Shown: positions 13,101 to 25,500 of the stretch, piece by piece | How the letters are laid out: each line of letters begins with the position of its first letter | Position numbering within the stretch: the stretch's first letter is position 1 | Origin: Klebsormidium nitens | Taxonomy: Eukaryota > Plantae > Klebsormidiophyceae | DNA length: 64,000 nucleotides | Assembly: GCA_000708835.1 (NCBI GenBank) | Contig: DF237252.1 | Location: forward strand, 1 to 64,000 | Reading direction: 5' to 3' | The notes under the pieces: generated by a model | Told to the model about the DNA's origin: nothing | The model's input: only the letters and a program-made list of their open reading frames with translations | The model's database searches: none | Program-made: the position numbers and the translations under genes

Positions 13101-16100
13101 GCTCGGTTTTGTTGCACGTGCAGTTTTCACCCCACTCCTTACAAAGCCGCGTGTCAGAAAAGTTCTGTCATTACTATCCAACAACCTACCGTTAGCCTGT
13201 CGTCTTACTGCGATTTGCCCGCCACTGCACACAAAGCCTCATGTATCAGAACTGGATCGTATTCCGTTCATACCCTTCTCTGATGACATTGGACCGCCTT
13301 TCCGAGGTACTCATTACGCCGTTATCTCCTGCGACGCCCCGGCCACCGCGATCTCGCTCTATGCGCTGTGCAATGGCCTCGAGTTCCAAAATTGAGTGCC
13401 TTATCCCGTCTAATTCCGTTCCGGCCCGGTCTCTTCTGACACGGAGTTCGTCCCCAGGTACTACTCCGCCGTCGTTTCGTGCAACGCCCTCACCTGCACG
13501 GCCGAGCTCTACGCGCAGTGCGATGTCCTCGTGTTCTGAAAATGAGAGCCGTATTCCGTTCCGTCCTGGTCTTTCTGACACCGGAATTGCGTCGCCAGGT
13601 ACTACTACGCCGTCGTTTCCTGTGACGCCCCCGCCACCGCGGCAGCGCTCTACGCGCAGTGCGATGGCCTCCAGTTCCAGATTCGATTGCCTTATTCCGT
13701 TCTGTTCCGTTCCGGTTCGATCTTTTCTGACACCGGACTTTCGTCCCCAGGTACTACTACGCCGTCGTTTCCTGCGACGCCCCCGCCACCGCGGCCGCGC
13801 TCTACGCCCAGTGCGACGGCCTCGAGTTCGAAAAGTCGTCAAACAAGCTCGACCTGCGGTTCGTACCGGATGCTATGAGCTTCGACGAACGTCCGAAACG
13901 AGACACCGCGACGGCCGTACCGTCCGATTACGCGGCGCCCGACTTCGAGACGCGCGCGCTGCAGCACAGCAACGTCAAGCTCACGTGGGACGAGGATGAA
14001 CCCGCGCGGCGCAAGACGCTCCGGCGCAAGTTCGGCAAGGAGGAGGTGAGGCTACTGGAATTACTCAAACTAGAAGTTGCCCGGATTCTTTTGCTTTCAA
14101 GTAGCACTGAGGTTGTGTATGTGCTGCTAATTCGGAGGATTAGATGTTTATTTGAGGGACAATTCCGCCGGTCGACGAACGAACCGTACGAGCAGTGATC
14201 TGGCTGTCTTCGAGAGAGCCCACGGCGTTATGCGTGCCGTTACCTGGATTGATGATGGTCCGAGTCTTATCAAGCAGATCTCGGTTTGTCGCCGTGATCC
14301 TCACCTCATGATTATTGCATCTTGTCACTAGGATGTATGCCTTGTATGCTCAGGTGCGTCTTGGAAAGTCTGATCTCGCGTTTCTGGGGAAGATCTTGGG
14401 GACATCATTGAGATTTTGGTGGCGGTCAAGGGCCGGTCTCGAACCTCGCTTGGCCTGCTCGCATCTGCATGGGGGCCCTTCCTGTCACCCTCGGTTATTC
14501 GCTGTGCTCTTCCGGAAACATCCTGTTCTCAGGAGGAAAGATCTTTGAAAGATTTTCGGGTTGATATGTTTCTCAGGACTGATTCCGTCTTTTCCAGGTT
14601 GACAATATGGACTTCCACGCCTACATGGCTTCGAGCGACAGCGACTCCGACGAAGAAGGCTCAGACGCCGAGCCCAGCGCTGCGGATCGGGGGGGTCAGA
14701 ACGGCAGCGGAGAGGTCCCCCCGGAGGACGACAAGAAGGCGGCGAAACTAGAGAAGCGAGAGAAGGAGCGGGAACGGCTGAGGGCGCTCCTGCTTGGGGA
14801 TGTGATGAAGACGGGAACGAAGGGAGGGGGTGAAGATGGGAGTGAGGATGAGGACGAAGAGATGGAGATTACGTTCAATACGGGGCTGAACGACCTAGGG
14901 GAAAAGCTGGAGCAGAAGAGGAAAGAGAAAGAGCAGCTGGTGGGTCCATCATCTGAGATGCTTCGGGAGAGTTGCATTTGTGTTTGACGACATTCGCGGT
15001 TCTTCTTTCCTTCCCTCTGTGCCATCTCCTTCGCGCGACGCCAGCAGCCGCAAAGAGGAAAGGAGAGCGAGCTTTGTTTTGCATGGTCGCAAATGCGGGT
15101 CGGCTTTCTCTTAAGAGCGAGCGCAGAAGGTCAGGTCGCCTCCTTCCCACCTCGTGTCGATCCTCAGGAAACCATCTCTCTTGTCTTACGTTCTGCCGGA
15201 ACCGGCTTCAGATTGCCGCTGTGCTTCGTTTCTTTGCACAGCAACGAGGTTGAGTGCATTTATCCCGCCAGGTTTTGCTTATCAACGTGTCTGCTTCTCT
15301 CGTCGAGGAAAGATTGGGTCTCCCGCATGAGAACGCATAGATTGTCTGTGTTCTCTTACGTCTTGGACGTTTCCTCTCTCTGTCTTCGGCTATCAAATGT
15401 ATCCTTTCGCGTGTTGGCCTAATTTAGGTATTATAAGGGCCAGGTATGAAAAGCTAACCACCCTGGGACGGGTGGGGTGAGTTTGGGGATTTAGAGTGGG
15501 TACGAGTGCGGAGCGTGTAATCTGTTGGGTCAGGTTTTTAGTAAGCTTTAATGTTATACCTAGCTCTTATTTTACCTAAAAAAGTCCGTCATTCCTTTCG
15601 CCGCCTTTTGCAGAAGAACGAGACCACATGGGAGGCCTACCTCCGGAAGAAGAAGGAGCGGCGGAAGGGCCGGAAGAAGGGCCCGGCAACGGACGGCGGA
15701 GACGAGTCGGACGCCTCCATCGACGACCCAGACGGCTTCTTCCAGCACGACGAGAACCCGTTCGACGACCCCTTCTTCGCGGACGACAAGCCGGCGAATG
15801 GAAAAGCGCCACGTGGCAAGGCTGAAAAGGGCGACAAAAAGACGGAACGAGAACTAGAGCGGGAGAAGAAACGGGAGGAGGCGGAGGCGGCGAAGCGGGA
15901 CGAGGCGCGGCGAAAGGCGGACCTCGAGCTGCTGATGATGGACGACGACCTGGCGTTAGCGGGGCGGTTAGGGGGCGGGTTAGAAGCGAAACCCGCGGGG
16001 TACAATCTGAAGGCGGAGCGGCGGAAGGAGAAAGAAAAGCTAAGGAAGAAGAAGAAGGGGGAGCGAGTGGATGAGGACGCGATTGAAGACGAGCAAGCGG

Positions 16101-16862
16101 CGGAGGGCGCGAAGGTCGACTTCGAGGACCCGCGCTTTGGGGCGCTGTTCTCGTCGCACCACTTTGCGATCGACCCGACAGATCCGCGCTTCAGCAAGTA
16201 AGCGACTTGCTCACTGAGTCGATCCTCGATGCTCGAGAACTGATGCCTGTTAAGGGATGGCCTGTTGCTGACCCTGCAAGCCCCTCTTTCACAATCTGCT
16301 TGTTTGCTCCACATTGGAACTGCTAACCTAGGCAAAGAAAGCGGCGCACCAGTTACTGTATCTCTTACGAAAAACAGGAAGGTGATCAGAACGCAAAAAC
16401 CCGGTCCGTGTCCTTTCTGGACTGCGTCGACGACTTGTTGCGCTCTTAAAATCCTCGGATCCTACTTAGTACTTCAAACGCCCGCATTAGCTCTAAGGAG
16501 ATAATCCGTTTCCGTTCTACCCGTTACTTTGTGTTCGTGGACTTTTTCTTACACACTTGGATGTGTTCGACTTTGCGGGTCGTGCTCAGACCAGCTTTTG
16601 TTCTCTCGTCGTTAGGTCCGCTGGACAAATGGAGGTCCTAGCTGAAAAGCAGCGACGGCGTATGCAAGACCTGCAAAAACAGCGGCAACTTAGTGGCGAC
16701 AACGAAAGAGTGGTGACGGCCGACGAATCCGCTCCAGTTAGGAAGCAGCCAAAGGCGGAGCTCAGCTCCTTGGTCAAGTCGCTGAAGCGGAAGGTGGAAG
16801 CTAAAGCTACAAAGGAGAGCCGAAACAAGGAGACAAAGCGGACGAAAGCGACGCCGTTTTAG
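10126..16862 (+). CDS. ESF1: Pre-rRNA processing protein ESF1 (NUC153 domain)
   Basis: Exons 10126-10786, 11638-11721, 12098-12330, 13751-14045, 14598-14939, 15614-16197 and 16616-16862. ESF1 motifs present: DPRF...DPRF...DPRFEAMF...VDKRGR, RRLAIVNLDW, YYYAVVSCD...LYAQCDGLEFEKSSNKLDLRFVPD, KLTWDED and NUC153 DPRFGALFSSHHFAIDPTDPRF. Confidence 0.95.
13160..13750 (+). repeat. Intronic tandem array of degenerate copies of the ESF1 exon-4 acceptor plus exon start (141-152 bp period)
   Basis: Copies of '...ccag|gtactactacgccgtcgtttcctgcgacgcccccgccaccgcgg...' begin at 13599, 13458 and 13307, with a fainter one near 13160-13290. The real exon starts at 13751. Confidence 0.9.
15411..15592 (-). mobile_element. 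Non-autonomous TIR element (MITE, 9-bp TSD, Mutator-like), copy A, in ESF1 intron 5
   Basis: 182 bp flanked by the perfect direct repeat tcctttcgc (15402-15410 and 15593-15601). The reverse-complemented core (ctccgcactcgtacccactctaaatccccaaactcaccccacccgtcccagg) matches copies B and C. Confidence 0.8.
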
Positions 16863-19504
16863 GTGCATGCATATTATTCGAATGCTTGATTTCAATTGGC
16901 ATGCGGTAAGTGACCACGTTTCGGTTGTGTCGTGCGTTCTTTTACCTTGGAACCACTGATATAAGAAGGTTCTTGAAAGAAAGCGAGGGTCTCGGTGCAG
17001 CAGCAGTTGTGGCCATTGATTCATCCTATCAGTCTTCGTGCATTTCTGGCCCTGGCCGGAGTTTGCCGCGTCGAAATTCTCGTGCAGGATGACGCTGCCA
17101 AACGGATCTTGCATGCATGATGCAAAGCCTCGAAAATCTATGCAAAGCACGGGCTAATATGTGATCTAGCTGAAAGAGCCTAGCTCATCTGTCCAAGTAT
17201 CTCAGGCTCAGCCAATCACCATACCGGTAAGCACTGCTTCAAGAGGGCCTGAGCAGCTCAAGACCATTGCATCATGTGACGGTCTGATGTAGTTCACACC
17301 ATGTTGGAAGGTCCGGATAACCTGCCACCGTTGCGGTTACGTTTAGCATCAGTTTATCAGTGAGAATTTGGCAACACTGTGCGCGGGATTTCCATTGAAT
17401 CTGCACTTCGTGCTTTGATGCACATATAAAGGAAGCATGTTTGCTGGCTCATGCCCGGGTGCCAGCCTTTTTAGCCTCACCAGCCGAAGCAAAATGCTTG
17501 GCTCTCAATGATGATAGCTGAAGGGCAAAGAAACTCCTCAAATTGAAGCTATTCAGATACCATTGCTGATGCCAGCAAAACAACCCAAAATATAGTGTCA
17601 TTGAAGCCTATGCAAGTCTCGCTTAGGTCTTGGATGATCCCTCCATGCCTGACAACATGCAATTGAAACGTATCATTCCTACGGTCACTACAGCTGGAGA
17701 AGGGCTGCCTCAAGTACTTCCTCGTGACACGAACGAGAGCTGGCTGCTCGCTGGCTGTGGCTTGTCACCGACAAGAGCAAAACGATCTGAGCAAGAAAGA
17801 ACGAGTCTGAGGACTCATTTTACTCCCTTTCATGCAATGGACAGCCATGGAAGCACGTCAAACTAACCAGCCATGTCGGTCTAAGCAAGCCTGTGATCTG
17901 TGTATGTTTCAGTACAGCCTTGCCTTTGATGAAACCGGAATGGTGATAACAGGTAGTCAGAAGCGGTGAGTTGCGCGTGCAAATTTCAAACCCACAGACT
18001 GGAAAGGTTAGTTCGCTGCAGCCAGCTCTTGTTTGTCGATGTTTAACCGATGTTGAGCGCCAGAGAGTTGGTTGCTGACACCACACACAGCTTGAGAAAG
18101 AGACAACATGCCTGAGCCCATGAGGCTTGGGCAGCGGAAAGTGGTGCATTAATCCAATGACGTCATTTAGAAGCGAATTTGGTGAAGGTAGGGCCCTTGG
18201 GTTAACCGCCGGCGTCCGGCCGAATCCAACTATTTTATCGACGGGTCTGGATTGCCTTACAAAGTCAACGTTGCGGTCTTGACCGTCGATCCGGGATCCC
18301 AACGCTCGGGCCGGAACTTAACATTGGGAGGCCCGCAGATATGTCGCATGATGCCATATATATATGTTGCATGATGCCTCTGACACTTCCTGTCAGGCTC
18401 AAGTTCCGATGGTTTGCAAATTGCAAATCACAAAGCTAGATCATGATGGGTCATTGATCAGTCATGGATGTATGCAAGCTCATGAGATGCATTTGTCTAG
18501 GTATAGCCAGGGTACAGCACATTTCAGGCATGCTGTAACTTATCGTGGATTGTCAGTGTCCGACAGTGGTCACAGCAATTTGTCTCAATACTCATCACCA
18601 GCAATATGATCCATGAGAGCAGTGACTGAGAGAACGGCCCGCCAGGGGTCTGGTGGATCACTTTTCTTCTCTTTGCAACAAGATGATGTAAAAAGCGCTT
18701 CTCCTGCTGTTTTGCAGTCTCCGCGGGGGCCGCAACCTCCATGAACCTGGCATTTCGTAGGACATGATGAACAGCAGGCATGCCTCCACATCTCTCTGCC
18801 CCGGAACTTTTGAAAGGGAGGTCGAAGTTAGATCAGCAGGGCGGTCGAACTGGGATAACTCTCCGCTTGGGGACTTATGGTCCAACGGTGGTCGGAATTA
18901 GGTTAGAAGGGCGAGTCGTATCAAGCTTTCAATCACCGCAAAGTCCAATGGGTGGTCCTGTGCCCCTGCTGGTGTCTTTGAAAGTCTTTGGGGCGCCCAG
19001 CCGGCCAAAGTTGAATCTTGCGTCAGCCCTATGTCTGATGGCACAAGTTTGCTCAGAGCCGCGATTGGAGAGCTCGGAGCTCTGGGGGGGCCAGTCCAGC
19101 GCTTCTCTTTTGATTCTATGGCCCCTGGTCTGAAGGCTCAGCCTGTGACATGTCGAAAGGCTGACCAGCATGTGGCAGGAAAGACGGTAGATGCAATATA
19201 AAGAGGATCTTATCATGCAGGAGTGAAGAGTTGATTGCGTCTGACGTAAGTAGCGGATCGGCCCCAGTCCACCTGCGCTACTATCACCAAGAGAGCATGC
19301 ATAGCTAGTGTTCAAAAAAACTCCAGGGAAACACACAAGGAATCACAAGTGGACATGCTTCAGAGCAATCACAAGCATAGTAGCTGCTTATAGTCGCTAG
19401 GTTCCTTATAGAATGTTTACAAGCAATTAGCGAAGCTCAGCTCAGTCTCACCTCGCTCAACAGTAAAATTCTCAAAGCCTTGCTCAGCAATTAGGCATCT
19501 CAAA

Positions 19505-22500
19505 ATGGCTTCTGACTATACCCACAATGTGGATGGTCCTAGTCCTCCGGGGGTGCCTAAGAGGGAACGCATCGCGCAAGCGTCGGTGCTGCTGAAGAGG
19601 GAAGCTGATCGCCAGGGATTCGACCATATGGTCTTGATTACAAGGCTGGGGATAATGGTACGCCACCACAACTAATTGCTTCGTTCTTGTTTTGATTCTC
19701 ACTTCAAAGCCGAGTGTGAGATAATACATTATGCTTCTTTTCACGACACCGCTAAGAAGCTGAAACAGCTTGACCCAGATTTCAAAGGCTAGCTGCAGCT
19801 GAATAGAGCAAACACTCTTACCTGATAGGGGCACATTTATCTGTGGGATGAAACAGCTGAACTCCAAGCTCAGCAGCTGGTGACTGGGACTCTGTTCGAG
19901 AATTGTCTTTTCAATATGGTCTAAGCTGCAGCCTCTCCAAAATCTTGGATGCACCTTGAGACTGAAGTGGACAATACGACTAATACTAGTCCGTGTCAGA
20001 CTTTCTTCCTACCTTATTCAGAAGTACATGTACAAAAGTTGCCTTGAAATTTAGGACAAGGTATGGTTTCACAAGGAAGTTGAATCATGCATCTGCCAAG
20101 CGTCCCTTAAGTATGTCTGATACTTGCAGAGCTCACTGATTTTGCATCATTGTAAGCAGCACTCCTGTAGAACGTATCAGTAGCCTTGCTTATGACGAGA
20201 TTGTAGCTCCTATCACTATTGAAAAGCTGGTCAGTCCTTGGTCGAGCGACTCTCTGCCCGGAACTGGATGTAATAGGTTGTTGCTTTACTTTCGCACCAG
20301 TCATCTCTTGGTCCATATGCTTTGGCTGTTTAGCATTTCCAACCCCATCCTTTGCTTCCCATCTCCTCAGGTACTCATGTGTGTATTGGTCGCAGCCATG
20401 GCATTTTCAACCTGGTATCAGATGGATGTTACAGCCCGCCGAAACGTCGAGCAGCTCACTGAAGAGAACCAGGAGCATGCACTTGAGTTTGGGGCAAAGT
20501 CATTCTCAAAGTACCTGAGCGGAACAACGCAGATGGCCAGGCAGATTGCAGAGACCATCATCCTCACCCCACAAGTGCGATCTGCAGATCTGACCAAGTC
20601 CAGCGCACTTGAGCAGATGGTAAGGGTCCACGGCACTACGATTGCTTGCTTTGACTTTGTCGTTCTGAGGTCATTCTCTTGAAACCACATAGATGGAGGC
20701 CATCGAGCAATGCTTGAGGTCAGAGTGACCAACTGAATGTTGGAGGACCTTCAGTCTGATCTCCGATTGATATGCAGTCTCTTGTGGCACTTCAAGCATG
20801 CCAAAGGGCAACAGGTACCGGGCAAAATAGAATGTTTGCAGGAAAAAATACGCGAGGGGAGAACAGCTTCAAAGTGAAAGGATTGAAAACGGTTTTTCGG
20901 AATACTGTATTACGGACTATATTGAACGATGGCTTCAGCATAGCATCTTGTGACAGGCTGCAGCAGGTAGAGCAGTCGTGGCCTCTTCGGTTAGTGAGAA
21001 AAACGCAAGCCCTCCTTTCGATCGAGGGGTTCTCGTCGATGCAGATCATACACTTGTAAGAGGGCGTAGCTTGAGCATGTCCGGTTTCCATTGGCAGACT
21101 CTTGTTCCCTTTTCTGAGTACAACCTTTCTTGAACGCAGTGTCGGTGAGTTGATCTTCAAGTCGGAAAAGTTCAGTCGTCCGACTTGTGAGTCGAGACGA
21201 TGATCAAAGCGTCACTAAGTTGAAATGAATGATTCTGGACCTAAGTTGCAGCAAGCCCGCGCATCAAGCAAATCAAGTTCGGAGCATCAAATGGAAACCG
21301 TTGCAACATCTTGCTCCTGCTTCACTGACACTCAATTTTGATTACACTTGATTGATCTTACCTCTTTTTGGTCTCTGATCTCCAACACTGATCAAACTGG
21401 ACTCCAGATCAAAGCTCCTGTTCATCATGTTTTCCCTCTGCAGGTCTCTCCTATCATCCTGGCGACTCTCAAATCCTCCCCCAGCGCCAGCTTCTGCCGC
21501 TTCCAGACCCCAGACGGCCTCGTCAGCGGCTTCCGTCGCTTTGACGACGGCGCCATCCGGCACTTTTTCGCCAACCAATCGAGCGCACCCCCGAGCAGCT
21601 CTACCGGGTACTCCACCATGCCTTTGTTCATTGTGAATGTGGATCGGTTTGGAAACCCGACTTCCCCGCCCAAGAGTGCACTACCCGGGGACTTCAGAGA
21701 GACTGCACCGTACAAGGAGACGTTGATCACTGGCAAAATGGCCTGGGGCATCGTAGTAAGCGCTCTTGCAACCGTCGTTACGTTTGGCAGCACACATCAC
21801 TTAAAGAGCCAACTTAGTGTCCTGGCCGCTCGGAGATTGCTCTTCAAAGACGCTTCGATGAGTACGGACCAGAGTTTGAGGGCTGAGTGATCGAGCTGCG
21901 GATGCTGCTTACAGAGACTTTTCTTGCCCCAAATGACAAGCAGCCTGTGTTCAGAACGAGCGTCTGAATGACGTCGGCATCTTGTCAGCTTGAGCTTTGC
22001 CAGCCACTCATCCATCTCTGAAACCTGCCGCAGTGGGCCTACAACAGCACCCTCGTCTTTCTGGCTGCGCAAGCGGTCAGAGACCCGGTTAGCAACGTAA
22101 CCCTGGGCGTCGCGCTCGGCACGGCAACCACGGTCACGCTCAGTAACCTGCTCGCGAGCAACCGTCCGCAGCACGCCGGGCTTTTGTACGTCTTCGAAGC
22201 GGAGACCGGAAAGCTGATCTGCAGCTCAGACCTCACCGGACTCTACGGCTCTATGCGCGTCAGTAAGTGTGTCAGCGCGCTCTGATGAGCCCTTAGGATT
22301 TCACCAGATTCTCTTCCTGTAGTGGACTTCGATGTGCGTTCTTTGCCCCGCCTTTCAAGCACCACCGACGGATGTGAGCCTGTAGTACCCTAGGGGCTCT
22401 CAGCCCACCGATTCATTGTCCAGGTTTGCACGAACCTTTGGAAGCAGATGTCGTTTGGATCCCATAACAGAGCCTGCAAGGTCTCACGGACGTGTCTGGC

Positions 22501-25500
22501 GCCCCGGCTCAAAGCGTACACACCCAGAAACGTACCTTCGATGGGACTTGGCCCTTCGAATCAAACACCGCTCCTGCGAAATGGCCCCCACTGAGCAGTA
22601 GAACCACCCAGGGCCCCCGGCCTGGGTTTGCAAGCGCTTTTAAGCTGGCAATTGTTACGTCAGCAGACAGAACCTGTACACGATTGACAAGTTAGGACTG
22701 CCAAGTTAAAAGAGAATGCAACTTTAATCAAGCTTGGGAAACAGGGCGCAAAGTTTTGGCAGCTCTTCAATCGAAAATCCAAGCGCCTTCTGATCAGTCT
22801 TTTTCCCAGGGTCATTCCGGCCCGGCTCCCCAAACTCGAAGCTCCTGAATCGTGTTCGTTCTTGCGTTGCCCGCAGCGTCGGATGACGCCAGCATTCTCG
22901 TGGCCAACGCGTCGAATCCGCTGATGCGCGGTTCCGCGCGCGTTCTTTTCAAGGACGCCGCTACCAAAAGTCTTTCTCAAGTCGGCAACGCAAGCTTCGA
23001 GAGCGTGGACCTAGCGGGGGCCAAGCACTACGTGTCCAGCATAGAGCTGGAGGTCGAAGGGAAGAAACTGGTGAGCTCTTCAGAGAACCCGTTTCACTTA
23101 CTCTCGTGGCCCTGTGAACATTCTGTTCTTCTAGGCCTAGAACTTTGGGCTGGGGCCCTGCCAGGTTCGTGTCCAATTTGAGTGTCAACTCGGATTGAGA
23201 GACAACAGCTCACGCCAACGGCAGTGTTGCGGTGTCAGATCAGGGCATCTTCTGCTCCTTTCAACACAATGAAGTAGTATTGAAAAGGCGCATTCCAGGT
23301 GCCCAAGCGCAAAGCAAGGGACTCTGCTGACTAGCCAAGTCTGGGACCAAAACCTCGCATGAGAAGGAAACGTAGCCTAAAGAGCCTCTGGCCTTTACTT
23401 CTCTTCTACCTCCGCCTTTGTCGGTCATCAGTTTCGCCTTTCCTTCTAGTGTCATAGAAAAGCGCTTTCCTCACTTTCTGCTTCCTTGGATCACGTCTTG
23501 GCAGGCAGGATTCCTGCTAAAGGTTTCAAAATTTATAACCAACGGCAGCTGAGCGCAGTCAAATCGCCAGTCACCTAACATCCTCTGCTAAGCCCTCGAC
23601 TGCCAATCCTTTTCACACTAGTAACTCGATACGCAGTGACTGCTTCCACTCGCGTTCATGTTTCCCTCCAGGTCAGGGTCATTTTCACCTCCCTAACCTG
23701 GTTATCATTAACCTGTGACGTTTTACACCTCTTCAGGTCACGGTGATGGTCATTCCTCGGTCAGTCACCTGGGACGACATCGACAAAACCTCCAGCCGGG
23801 AGCTGATTATCATCAGCGCCATCACGGCCGGGGTTCTCGTCCTGGGTTGCGTGCTAATCGTGCTGCTAACCTGCCGGGTTAGCCGGGAGATGCTCCTCCG
23901 GGCGCAGCTGATCCGCAGTATGCAGCTCAAGGAGCAGGCGGAGAAGGCGTCCGATTATAAGAGCCAGTTCTTGGCGGCCATGAGCCACGACGTGCGGACG
24001 CCCCTCTGCTGCATCATAGGTGAGGCCGGACGTCCAAATGTCGATGTCACAGCGGTTTGCGTGAATCGGGTCCTTCCAAGTTTGGTCCAAGTTCCCATTC
24101 TGCGATCCTGGAAGTTCGATCGCTGTGCACGAACATGGGGAAGGAAGCAACCCCCTGTTCACAATTCTGGGGCGTTCGCGTGGTGATATACGGGCAAAGC
24201 ATTTGGATGGGGTCTAAACGAAGTAAGGCAAAGTTCCATGATACCTATACCGCAATTAGACATGGGATAATCTGACACATATCTGGAGTTTTTCTTGGAA
24301 CTTCTTGCACGGTCGATTGAGGTTTCAACTTCGTGTACTCACGAACTGCTTTCGAACCCGCGGGTGACGAGTTCCACTCAAACGGCTGTATGGGAACCTT
24401 TGTGAACTCGTGGCTTGCCAGCTTTATGGGTCTCTTTGGAACCTGCATCGAAGGCCGGACGTCCGCGACCTCCTCAGATTTTAGGTGCTGGCGCAGGCAC
24501 GGTTGTTAATACAGTATCGGGGAATCTTATGTCTCTGGAGAGAGTGTTTGGAATCTTTTGGCCATCAAGACTCAAAGGAAACGGTTGATCGCATTGGTGA
24601 TCTTGTTTTCGGAGTCTTCCCTTCGTTCCGAGAGTGTCGCATCTAGGTGTTACAAGCCAAAGCTATCACAGACCCTGTTTGCAGGGATCTTAGCCTTTTC
24701 CTTCGAGCTCCGTAGCTTTCAGCTTCGTAAATTGCTTCTTGGCCCCATTGCTCATTGCAAGAGCCTCTCTCTTGATTGCACCGCAAACAGCGCTGCCATA
24801 CCCGAGGAAAGTTGCAACGCCTTTTACACTCAGTACTTGAAAAACTCCTCTTGACGCACCTCACGTGTATTTTACATTCTTTCAGGCTTGCTGGAGGTGC
24901 TGCTGGGCGACAGTCGGTTGCACATCGAGCAGCGCAGCAGCCTGAAGCAGGTCCGGCTCTGTGCGCTGCAGCTGCTGGACCTCCTCAAGTCCATCCTCGA
25001 CCTGTCCAAGGTGAGCTGCGCTCTGCGGATGCTTGTATCCAGTTGTTGACGCCGGTACGATTGGAAAAACAGAGCTGTCAAAAGGTTTACGTTTAAAAAC
25101 AACCCGAGATCGTTTTGAAGCAAGATACGCGTAGTCTGCTTCTACCAGCACATGCCTCCTTTGCGGCATTGAAACTCGAACGAGTCAATACGCTGGGCCC
25201 CGTTTTTCAGACGTGAACTCATGAGCGATTGTGGCAAACGGGCTTTCCATGAAAGGCTGCAGCGGTACATAATGCTCGATTTCCCGGTCAGCTAAGATTG
25301 GGGGCCTGCGCTTACCTGCGGACGCTGACGTTGTCTGACGTGGACGTTCAGGTGGAGTCCGGCAAGCTGACGTTGGAGCCCGGCCCGTTTGATTTGGGCC
25401 AGGAGCTGGAGGCGCTGGTGGACATGTTCGCGGTGCAGTGCGCCAAAAAGAACGTCGCTCTAGTTCTCGACCTGGACGACTGCCTGCCGCGCAAGGTCGT

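Noticed and set aside
13300-13860. CRISPR-like appearance of the polarised arrays
   Set aside because: The context is eukaryotic, the units are ~150-bp exon-derived copies with no unique spacers, and there are no cas genes.
18300-18560. Palindrome-rich intergenic patches (also 6500-6700 and 38290-38420)
   Set aside because: Only short 4-10 bp palindromes and direct repeats, with no shared homology, termini or TSD established.
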